Source: Lama glama
Lineage: Eukaryota
Length of the DNA: 64,000 bases
NCBI GenBank assembly: GCA_028534125.1
Contig: CM052844.1
Span: forward strand, 434,001 to 498,000
Direction of reading: 5' to 3'
A program made the position numbers and the translations under genes. This document shows, one piece after another, positions 12,801 to 24,800 of the stretch. The stretch's first letter is position 1. Each line of letters starts with the position of its first letter. A model generated the notes under the pieces. That model had not been told where the DNA came from and did no database searches. It worked only from the letters and a program-made list of their open reading frames with translations.

Positions 12801-15800
12801 GACAGGAAGGCCAGCCCCAAACAGGCCTTTGTGTGCCTCCTTATCAGGCGCTCACTGGGCTTCTCAGTAGGAAACTGTGCACAAGCCCAGAAGTAAAAAT
12901 ATTCCAAGTCATCAGGGAATTCCCTGCCGCGTGAGTCATCGGAAAGGCTTCCCCGCCACACCCGCCAGGAGGCTTCCTCCGCAGGCCGAGGCCGCGGGCG
13001 GAGCGGCTCTGGGCCGCGGGTCCTTGCTCTCACTCCGCGGGTGCGGCAGGGGGCCGAGCGGGCTCCCCTTCCTGAGACCCTCCTGCCGCACTGACGGCGA
13101 GGCTTTGACGGGCCGGACGGGAGGACTGAGACGCAGCAGGGCCTCCTTCAGGAAGAGCCCCAGCGTCTGAGGCCAGACGTCTGCTCCCCTGGCCCCACGA
13201 GGCAGGGTCCCTGCTGCGTCTGCTCCTGGCCTGCAGGCTGGACCCCGGGAGCCACAGGAGGTGTGAGCAGGTGGAGACCCACCAGGGGTGACCTGGGGAG
13301 GGCCAGGGCAGGTGTCAGGCGGCATCTCCCATCCACTCCTCCCTCATCAACCCCACCCCACGCAGGACCCTCTGAGCCACACGGACCAGGAGACGCGCCT
13401 CTAGGGCAAGGCAAGCTATCTGCCTGCCGAGGCTCCCAGGGTGGAGGTGGAGACCCCAGGGCCCAGGAGACACGGGTGCCAGGTGTGCGCCCAGGGGAGG
13501 AACACACGTGTGCACACGGCAGTCACTGCAGCATCACACATGACGCCGGTGTCCATCCACTCTGAACAGATAAACAGGATGTGCTCTGTCCACGCGGGGC
13601 AGGGGTGGGGCGGCTACCAGCCCTCGGAGGGGCGACGCCCTGACGCTCCGCGTGGACAGACCTGACACCTACGGGCGGAGGGAGCCGGGCACGGGCACGC
13701 AGGCTCCCAGCCGACGAGCAGAGCGGACAGAGCAGGCTATGCTGCCAAGCTGCGGCGTGGGCGACACTAACGGGTCAGGTTCCTCTCGGGGCAAGGAGAC
13801 GCCCTGGGGCACGCACGACAGCTCTGGACGCACCGGAGCCTCCAAGCTTTGAACGGGCGGCACGTGAGGTCAGCGAGTTACACCTCTGGAAAGCCGACTC
13901 GAAAAATGAAAATGAATCGCCCGACAGGACTGCGTGGGCACCACCACGTGGAAGCGGGGGCCTCCTGAGCCTGGCGCCCCCTGTCCAGGCTGCCTGCCCC
14001 AGCCCACCTTCTGCACGGCCCTTGGGGAGGACACATGTACGGTGGGCGGGTTTGGGGCAAACCGAGGGAGGGAGCTACAGTGACAGCCCTCTCGTGGGCA
14101 GGACACTGGGCCTGCATATCCCACAGGGAGAGGGCAGCCCGGGCCCAGGAGGGGCAGGGAGGGCACCAAGGCCAAGATGAGCGCCCGTCCCCGCACCAGG
14201 CTCCTGAACGCTGACCTCAGAGGCCAGCCTGGACCCACAAGGAGAGCCCACAGGGAGTGCAAGTCCCTGAAGCCGGGCAGTCCCTCACAGGGGCCAGGGT
14301 GCTTCCTGGACATCAGTGAAGGCAGAGTCTGGGGCCGAAGGAGAAGGGCAGGCCGGGGCCCTGCTGACCCCAGCAGCACCTGCTTCACCTGCCAGGGTCC
14401 CGCCCACCTGCACATCCCCGCAGACGGGCGCCGGGGTAGCCCGGTCTCCTCCCAGACGGTCCGAAGTGTCGTTTAGCTTAGACTTGTGGGCTGATCACTC
14501 AGCTCCAAGGCCAGAAAGTGAGGGAAAGCCTTCTTAGGACAGAGGGACCCAGCCGCCGCTCTCTGCTCACTGGGGTCAGTGCCCTCTCCCCGACGGCCCG
14601 TCCAGGGTAAGTCCCAGGCGGGGGCTACCGGGGACCAGTGGCTCTGGTGCCCACGCAGCCAGCCCGCTGTGGGTGTGCCCTGCCGCCCCCCTGGGAGCCC
14701 CTCACAGAGGGGTCTCAGCCCAGGGCTACCCTAGGACACCACCTGCGGAGGTCAGCTGCCCAGATGGCGGGCGTGGTGGGGTGACGACAGCTGTCCATGT
14801 GGACGCTTGTTGCACCCCCCACCCCCCTTCCCAGGTCAGCGCCAGGAAAGTCTGAACAGCGCGTCTCAGGACCAAGTCACAGCCCTTGGGTGTGAGGCAC
14901 ACACCAGCCGCAGCGTCCACTCCGGGGGATTTCCAGGAACCCTTTAGAGACCAGCACCCGAGGCGGAGGCCTAGCACCCACGCAGGATGCCGTCACCTTG
15001 CCGAGGAGAGCTGGGGGAGGTCTGCACACGGGCAGAAGGCCGCCATCCGGCCCCAGCTGACCTGCCAGCTCACGGGATGGCCAGAGGCCGAGCCCAGCCA
15101 CCCACCACTGTCGGCAGACGAAGTGCTGCAGGCCGCAGCCTCCAAGTTCTGGTGGGACTTGTTGTGCAGCAGAAAAGCCAAAACAGGCTTCACACAGGTT
15201 CCAAGAGCTGCGCAGGACAGGTGAGGAGACTGAAGGACAGAGCGACTTCCCGCGCCAGCGTCACGGACTTGGTGATGTTCTCCTCTCCCGTCTCCAGAAG
15301 AGTGAGCTGGTGCCCACGTAGCCGCTTTCTTGGTGTTGCCGTGTGTGTGTCAGGCTGGGTCAGACATTCACATGCACGTGCAAATGTGTCCCTCACTCAC
15401 AGATCTGAGGGGAGACCCACAGGTCTTCAGTGGGAGGCGGGGTGACCGACACTCTGGGCACACGACCCTCTGGTGAGGGCATGACCGGTCTCCACGCACA
15501 CAGAATCCACCTGGAGACAACGTCTGACACAGAAGCCGCAACCGTCGACAAGAGTCCATGAAGGAACGGCTACTTCAACGCTGGGGCCTCTTGCTGGACA
15601 CAGAGAGACCTGAGAAAAACCACCGGACGTCTGGGGATGCCCGTCCCTCACGCAGCCGAGCCGAGAGCTGCTCCTCGGGACATTCCCCTCGGCCTCGGCT
15701 GACCCCTGGGGGACCGGCCGACGTCGGGGGGGTCTGCTCCCATTTCCTGGGGCCGCCCTCGTGGCCGGGGTCCCTGCTCAGTCACCGTGAGGGGGACGCA

Positions 15801-18800
15801 GGTGACGGCCAGTCCTCTAGTCAGGAGGAACCACACCAAGAAGCTCATAAAAGCTCTGCCCGCTGCCCAGGGCGGTGGAGGGGTGTCGGATGTGGCGGCG
15901 GTCAGCGAGGCCCCATTCTTCCTGCAGCAGCTCCAAGGCCTGTCCATGGGGCGATGTCTGCCCAGGCCAGCAGCCCTGAGACAAGAGCTCACCGCTCACC
16001 CGCTGGCCGCGCTGCGAAGCGGGTCGGACGGCCCCGTCGGATGCCCAGAGCACAGCTGTGCTTTTAATCCAAACTGTCCATAGCGGTTTCTCTGAAAACC
16101 CACCAGGGGAAGCCCAGCGGCAGCGACAGGCCGTCAAGGTGTCAGGTGTGTGAGCTCTGCCGAGAATCTACGGACAGGAAGGAGGCGGGGCCTCCGCTCC
16201 CCCGTCTCCGCTCACGGGACTCACACAGAGCATGTTCAAGGGCGCATGTGGCCTCGTTAAACGCGAGCGTGGGGTCTCAGGACGCCCAGAGGCCTGGCTG
16301 GGGGGTTACGTCTCGCTCGTCTCGGTGCACGTGTTTGCAGGGCGTCTGGTCACCACCCGCTCGCTGGTTTCTCACCTTCTGCCCCCCAGACGCGGCTCCA
16401 CTGCAGGAGAGGGTGAGCGGACGACAGGCCCAGACGGCGGCACACAGCCTGCGTGTGGCCAGGGCCCCGGGGAGGACGAGGGCAAGTCCCACCTGCACCT
16501 GCAGGCGAGTGGCTGACCTGCCCGTGGCGCCCGCGAGGCCACAGTGAAGGCCCCATGACCAGACCACACCAGCTGAGCCCTGTCCTGGGCCCGAGGTGCT
16601 GACTGGTCTCAGAAACAGCACAGAAAGCCGCTCAGCATCTCCTCTGTGAGTCAGCAAGGGCAGCCCGCCGGCTCTGTGACGCCCCAGTGCGCGGTGAGGA
16701 CGCCGGGCCTTCCTCCCTCCCCGCCATGCAGGTGGACACACGTTTAATGCACAAAAGGTTAAATTATTTCAAAATTCACGTCCTCCAAAGAAGGGCGTTG
16801 CAGTAACAAATACCCCCTTAACCTCACACTCAGTCGGGGTCCAGCCATCATCTGAAGTGTACTTTCCAATCATATGCACAATTGCACAGGCCGACCAGGT
16901 TACTCGTGAAGGACCTTTAAGCCCATTTTGATTGAAGTGCTTAAGTTTCTTGCAAACTGTACAAAATCAAGACCCCATTATGGGGGCTGAGTGCCTCCGC
17001 GCTTTTCAGCGACCAGCACGAGTCCAGCCCTGACGCTCCCGAGAAACCAGGAAAGTGAAGACAAGAAACAAGCTACCAGATGCGGCCCCTCCCCAGCCTG
17101 GGGGGCAGCTGCACCCTTGTGTGGGCGGAGGCCAGCTCCCTGCACGGAATCAGCCCCGAAAACAGACTCCAGAGTTTGAGAGAGAAGTGGGGCCCACACT
17201 CTCCCGCACTTGCTACCCACGTGGCACAGGCCAGGCGTCCACCGGGCAGGAGCGGTGCTCCCGCTGCATCCATCCTGCAGCCGACCCGAGGCTTATCGCT
17301 CTGGGGCCCCAGACACCAGAGAAAAAGGCCCCTCAGACCTACAGCCCCCTCTTCCGAGCACACACGCAGAGTGCACACGCACACGCTCAGAGCAGCTGGG
17401 ACCCCGGAGACCACCAGTCACACAAAGAACAACAGCATCCGCCTGTGTGTCTGGGGTGGGGGTGCTCGTCCAGAGGGTGAGATCTTGCAGGGACCCCTGC
17501 GGCTACCGTGGCCACTCTGTGTCTGGACGCCTGTCCCCGACAGCCTGTGATTCTGAGAAATGGGAACTGCCATCCACACGGGGAGGCCTGGCAGCAGGAC
17601 CTGGCCCGGGACCCACGGCGGAGGTGCCCGCCCGGTCGGGCAGACCCGGGGCTGCCCCGCCACATACAGTGGCCTCCTGGAGGCCCCACACCTACAGGCC
17701 CTTTAACCCCCGGCACCGCGTGATGGACCCGAGGACCCTGCACAGCACCCACGATGGACCCTGAGCGTCACACGGCCCACCTGTGCCCACACCACCAGCC
17801 GGCTCCCCCAGCGCCCAAAGCGGACCCGGTTGGTTTTTTAAGGAAAATACCTGGTGCCTTCTCCACGAAAATGACCTTGGAGTCTTGCAGAAAATTGTGG
17901 CCGGACAGGACCATCCTCTTCCCACCGAGGACAGGGCAGCTGGCCGCGCTCTGCTTCTCCACGAGGGGCAGCTCCTGGGCTGACCGCTGGGCTGTGTGGG
18001 GACAGGAACGTGCGTGTGAGCCGGCCCGCACCGCCGACCACCCCGACAGTCACTTGCACCCGGAACGGAAGTGTGGCGACGTGCCCCGGGAGGGGCGACG
18101 CCCAAGGGAAGCCACACGTCTGACTCGCAGGTCTCCCGAGGTGCGTGTGCACACACGTGTGAGCCTGTGTGTGAGCCTCCGCTCGAGGGTGGGCCCCGTG
18201 GAGGGCCCGGGGAAGCCGCGGGAGCCCGTGAGGACAGAGCCCGCCGCGGAGACTCACAGCCAACTCCCCACCTGGACCCCTGCACTGGGGGAACGGGCTG
18301 CTGTCTTTGGAAGCAACGGGGAGTGCCCTCCCCCGGGTGCTGGCGGAGGAGGGGCGTGGGGCCAGGTGTTGGCCGGGGGGGGGTCTCTGGGAGTGAGGCA
18401 CATGAGGCTGATCCCAGAGAGCAGGTTGGGATGTGGGGGGCCCGTCCAAGGATGGATTTGTCTCAGGGCCGGGGGTGGGGGGGCAGCAGACACACAGGCT
18501 CCGAGAACCCGGGCTGTTGCGAGAGGCAGGACAGGCAGAGGACACAGATGCAGGCAGCAACCAGAAGTCTGCACGGAAGCAGGTGGTGAGGACGGTGTTT
18601 CTGTGGGCTGGCTACGTGCCGGGGGCCCTCACATGGTCACCCCATGACCAAGGGACCCATGAGCTGGAGGAAGGAGGAGATCACACAGCAGAGATGAGGC
18701 CACTGCTGCAGGCCCCATGGCCTGGGACGGGCATCTGGAGTCTGCAAGTGAGGGTCCAGCAGGAGCGGGGGAGGCGGGGCAGTGAGGCAAAGGCCACCAT

Positions 18801-21800
18801 CGCAGAGGAGCGGCTGTGGGGCAGGAAGGGCCCGGTCACCGAGGTCCAACGGGCCCTCAGGTCAGAGGCACAGAGACCAAAGCAGGACCCTCCCGCTGAG
18901 ACGGGTGAGCCATAGGGACAGAGCTCCTGAGACAGCCACACCCTGGAGGGGACCTTCAGAGAAGACGGAAGGGCATTTCCAGGGGCAGTGGCCAGGGGAC
19001 AGTCAGGTTCCCAGGTCGGGAAGCAGGGGCTGCAGCGGGGCCACGGGTCTCTGCCCAGGGTGGCACCAGCCACCCACGTTGCTAACACGGAAGGGGGCAG
19101 ACCTCACTTCTTGGCCATCCGACCACCCAGACGAGCCCAGCGGTAAGCCCAAGGCCAGAGGCCCAGAGCCACCTGGGCAGGTCCACACAGGGGATGGAGG
19201 GCCGAGCTCTGCGCCAGCCGGCAAATTCAGGACCGCCCAACCCGACAGACCACAACGCAAACGCCACTTTCTCAAGTCTCCTGAGACGGGGGGAGATTAA
19301 CTCAAATGCGATCAACACACAGGGCTCACTGTCTGGAACAAACTTCCTTTCCTCGATTCCCTCCAGCAGGTGCTGGGGTGGGGGAGGCCCTGCACCAGTG
19401 CAGGAAGGAACAGATACCGTCCACGACCATGTTTGGTGGGACAAGCACAGTTCACAGGGTTGTGCACATAGCAAGAAAGCTGTTCCTGGAAAGGGCACGA
19501 CCGGTCGGACTGGCCTGGAGTCACAAGGGAGGCAGGGCGGGGCAGCTACTCACAGCACTCGATGGGGTTGGAGGCGACCTGCAGGGACAGTGTCCGGCCG
19601 CTGGGCTGCGGGATGTGGACACGGAAGACCAGCCTCACCCTGGTGTTCTTCCTCCCGATGTCCGTCTCCCCTTTGCGCAGCTCGATGTCTGAGTTCCGGA
19701 GCTTCAGAATCCCAGCACAGTCGATGCTGCCCAAAATGAGAGTCCACGCTTTTCCTCAACCCCCGAGCCGCTCCCTCTGCCCGAACCCCCGCCCGTCCCG
19801 GACGACCGCTCACTGAAGGGCTTGGTGGGACCAGCCAGGACCTCGCGCCCTGATCCGGTCTGAGCATGTCTGGAGAGAGCTGCCCGCACGCTCAGGGCTC
19901 TGGCTAGACCCACGTGGACATCACCAACAGGGCCGCTGGGGCCCTCCAGGCGGCTCCCAAAACCTCTTTCACTCAAGATTTTGGCAACGTTCCCTTGGGT
20001 CAAGATCACGAAATTTCTAGGGCTTCACACGACCTCGTTTAATTCTGTTTAACCTGACAGTTCCACTCAGCACCAGAACAACAGTCAGATGGAAGCAGCC
20101 CGTTCCCCGTCAGAAGCTAAGAGGCCACACAAACGCTGCCCCAGCAGGCCGGGGCGGCATCCCAGCACGCAGCCCCGCCTCCGGAGCGCGGGGCAGGGGC
20201 TGCTCCCGGCGGGAGGGTCTTGGTGGAGAAAACGCAGTCACTGAAGTGCGGAAACCGGCAGGTTCTCCTGACCCACCTGACCGCATCCTGGCCCGGGAAG
20301 CTGACTCCGCAGTCCCAAAAGCAAACCCAAGGATTCAGAGTGATTTCCCCCAAGTCCGTGAAGAGGGGCATGGAGAGAAACCTTTCCCTTTGTTTCCAAC
20401 TTAGAGAGTATAACAGTTACAAGTAACTGTCAAATCCCACATGAGGCCCTACAGAACGCGGTCCGCTGGCCTCACCGCCCACACCTTCTCTCCCCCAGGA
20501 CAGCCTGGCCACCCTGGGCTCCTCCTGCCTGAGGACACCCCCTCACTCCTGCCTCAGGGCCTTTGCACGAGCTGCCTCCCTGCACATTCCGCTCTCAGCC
20601 CAGCGCCGCCCCCCCAGAGACCCCTGCCATGCACGGGGGCCCAGGCGCTCCACCGACCCCCTGGGGGAATGACTGGCTGCCTGAACTTGCTTATCCACGT
20701 ACTGTGCTCAGGATCTGTCCCCCGCCCCCGAAGCCCATGCAGAAGGCCAGTCCTGTGGGCAGACTGGCTCCTTCTCTGCTGCGCCCACGACACGGGAGGG
20801 GCGTGCACGGCAGGGCTGCTCAGTTAACGAAGCCACGCCCTCAGGCTCCGCCGGACACGAGGGGGTAACTGACCCTCAAGTCGATTCACCGGTAAACAAG
20901 TGAGCTGCCAGGCTGGTCATGCAGCAGCGGCAGAGACCCTCTCAGCGAAAGCACGTCCCAAACATACTGCTCCCTCTCTAGTCTCTCAGTGACTGCAGGT
21001 TAGCCACTCCTCCAGCTGTCACGGGCACTGTGCTCAGACACGGGGGAGCGCCCACAGCTGAGATATTCAGGCGGCACCATGCACAGTGGCTGAAACCCCG
21101 AAACAAACAAACCTGCTGTCATAAATATTCGTGCAGTTTCCTCAGGTGCTAAGCCAAGGGCACCCAGGGCCCAGCTGTGGAAACGTCGGGGGAGGTGCAG
21201 GCGTGCGGGGCCCACCCAGCTCCCACTGGCCCCCGAGGACACACGGACACGCGGACATATGGCTTACATTGCGCGCATGTTATTCTCCGGCAGAAGTGGG
21301 ATTTCCAGGACCTTGGTGTTGGAGATGATGGCCTCGTGGCTGGTGGTGGAGACGGTCTTCCCGGTGATGCGGTGCACCTGGTAGAAGGCGTGGGGCCTCA
21401 GCAGCCGGTCGTCCGCCGTCCCAATGAACAGCTGCAGGGTGAGTGGCTCGCTGTCCACGTAGCCGTGCAGCTGGGGGAGAAGAGGACAGTCCCTGAGCGC
21501 CCTGCGCAGACCGCCCACACTTCCGGGGCAGGGCCAGTTCAGGAGGGAGGGTGTACAGGCGCTGAGAGCCCCCACCGCAGGTCCTAATGTCGCAGGCCCA
21601 GGAACGAGCACCTGGAGATGCCTCGTGCCCCAAAGCTCTGGGGTCTCTGCCCAGTGTGGGCTCTGAACAGTGGGCTGCCCACGTGGGAACATGTACACGT
21701 GTGGTGCACACTGGCACATGCGTGCCTGCATCACGGTGTCAACACATCCTCAACCCAACTTCTCCAACAGAATCCTGGAACGTCACACTTCAGGTTAAAG

Positions 21801-24800
21801 CGTGGGGCCCTATGGATCTGTTAACCCACAGAGGCGACGGCCTGCTGCTCTGAGTGTGGCTCAAGCCAGCAGTAAACCGGCCATCCAGACCTCGCTGACG
21901 GGAGCTGGGCTGCTGTTCCGGCCTCGGCTAGTGGAGAGGTGAGGTCACACACACTCTGAGTACTCATGAGAGCGTCCCACACGAGGACAGGTGGCTCACG
22001 CATCCGGGGGCTGGGCACCAGGGCCGGCCCACCGCCCCCTGGGCCCCCCGGGGTGGATGTGCTTGGGCATCAGGCGGCTGCTGGGACCGAGCACCAAGCG
22101 CCAGGCCCAACAAGGAGTCCCGGCAGCACCGCGTTCTGAGGGGCCTGGAGTCTCTCAGTCTGGTCCCGTCTCCTGCCGGCAAGCCCACACGATGTCACCA
22201 TCACAGACACAAGACCACACGCCACCGCCCAGGACTGACAACCCCCAGCTCCGCAGCCCCGGAAGTGACGGACGTCCAGCGGCTCTGAGCCTCCCCGCCC
22301 GGGGCTCCTGGCAGTGCCGGCGCCTGCGGGCGTCCCAGGGGCGCTCTCTGCCGCACAGACACCTGTGGAACAGCCCCGTGTGTCACAGACAGTGGGGCCG
22401 CTACCGCGAACGACGCCAGGAGAACTCGCGCAGGAGAGGAGCTCCAGCCGGACGGGTGTGCGCGGGTGGAGGGGGGCCCCGGCTCCGGGGGCTGTCTGCA
22501 CACGCACACGCACACACGTGCACTCACCGTAGACACACACTCGCTTGCACGCTCTCCAGACCTGCTCTGGAGCTCTGCGGTTGGGAGGGTTTTATTTCCT
22601 GGCTTGCAGCACGAGCGCCATGCGTCAGGCACCCTGTTTTTATCTTTTTCTGTCTGTGACAGTTCCAAGCCTCTTTCCGTCCTATGAAAATAGCTGCACT
22701 TTCGTCCTCCTCCTCGGGTGTCGGCACGGGCGGACGAGACGCACACAGAGGACGGAGCTGGTCTGGGGGCTGCGGTGGAGACGTGAGTCTGTGCGCAGCG
22801 ACCCTGCAGCGCCCGCGGCGCACAGAGAGCTCGGGGACCCACCTGTCCACTCGCTGTCCTCCTGGTCTGCCACGTGGACAAAAGCCAGCGCCACGGAGAA
22901 CCCACCAGAAGCCACCCACTCCGAGGGGCCCCTGCTAACACGGCTTAATTCTGCAGAAGCAAAGCGCGCCTCCTGTTTGAACTGAAACGTTTCTTTCCCG
23001 TGCGAACACGTGTGTCTACACAGACAGGAAAGGTCAGGAAAACCGAGGCCCGCTCGTCCGGCCCACATGCCTTCTCTTTCCTTGTGGGCTGTGCGAGCCC
23101 AGCCTTTTGCCAACTTAACGAACTTCCTAAAGCCCCGTAGCCCATGCTGGACTCAACCTACAGTTTCATAACAAGAAATGTAAAAATAGAATCAGAGACT
23201 GATGAAGAAACAAGCTTTCCTCCCAGTCTCCATTCTGTGACATTTAACGCGACACCACGTCAGCGAGCCTCTGGCCACGAGCTGCCCTCGCGTGGCCGGT
23301 GCCGGGGGCAGCCCCAAGGCCGGCACCCGCCTGGCGGGGGACAGACTGCTTGAAAATGACGACGGAAAGTTCCCACAGGACTTACGCTGGGGCCGCAGTG
23401 GCACGTGGAGCGCAGCGGGTTGTGGGCATAACTGCACCCTTTTGAAAATATGCCATTTCAGTGAAAATGGGAACATGAGAGCTTTAACCTGGGAGATAAA
23501 CATCCATTATTTAAAACATGAAGTTCGTTTTAAGAAAAGTGATTTAAATGCTTCACAGGCTCCACTGCATGGGTTTCTGCCTCCGGCACGTTACAGTGTC
23601 TGTCAAAGTAAGATTTATAGGATTACCTGTCACGGCAACGGCCCCTCTTTGCTTCAACCTGCACTAAACGAAATGTATTGTTCCATTTTTAAGGTCTAAG
23701 GCCTGCTGAGTTCTCCACACCTGAAAATGTTTTAGCTCCTCTGCCTGCCTCAGCACCTTCCGGCAGGATGACAGGTGAAGGAACGGCCGAGGCCAAGTCT
23801 GGTCAACGCTGAGATTCCAGCAGAGCCCAGGACGGAGGCAGAGCCACACAGGAGCCGGTGAACGGAGGCAAGTCGCTTTTCAGCTGGGTCTCGAGTTGGC
23901 GCACAGATGAGCCCAGCAAGGGAGTCCTTGTGCCCAGTGTGACAGTCAGCTTAATGGGCAATTATGAGTTTACCAGATGTCAGCTCTGCAGAACCACGCA
24001 GAAGGGAAAACCCAGCTCAAAGCCGGCTTCACCTTTTCTGACTCAGATTTCTCTAACACTGGATTAACCTGAGACCCTGTGGCATGAGCTCTGTCCGCCG
24101 CATCTTCAGCCCCCATCCCATCTTCATCCCCACCACCCACGGGAGCGCCTTCCCCACGGCGTGCCCCGTACCCCACGCCCCGGCAGGGAGTGCAGTCCAG
24201 GAGCAGGAGGCCCGCTCACCGCGCCGACCTCCGATCTCCGACCCCCGTCCTGACGGCTGGGATGCCTGCGGGAGCACTAACAGCTCTACTCAGACAGCGC
24301 TGGACACTCCGGAAACCCTCTTGGGACAACGTGGAAGGTGGCAGGATCGAGGACAAGCCCCAGAGGTCCTGCGTCTGAGGCGACTTTTATTCTACAACGT
24401 CTGCAGCCTGGAACCCAGAGGCCAAAGCGTCTGAGGTGGGCGGCTTCCAGGCGGACGACGCTGTCCGCCTGTTGCTCTGAGAGGGTTTCCCTGCTGAGCT
24501 GCTCAGCGGACTTTATTCCCAAGTGAACGAATCGGCTGCGGGGAAAGCGTAAACTGCCCTGACCTCAGTTTTAAGCCCGGTGTTTAAAACCGACGTCACG
24601 AGCTGAGCGCAGGGGCCTTGGCCGCATGTCAGCAGGCATAACAACGGCCCCGCCTTCCCGGCGGTTATTGCTGCTACCGCCCAGCTTCACTGCACCCGTT
24701 GTGACCACAGCGTGGCCCCACGCGCAAGGCCCCGGCGCTTCGCTTCCGGAGGAACACAGGCCTCATGACCTGTTTCTGGGGCTGAGGGCGCCCTGCACGT

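Noticed and set aside
17754-18647. 297-aa plus-strand ORF overlapping exon 7 in antisense
   Set aside because: No protein-family signal; expected by chance at this GC content.
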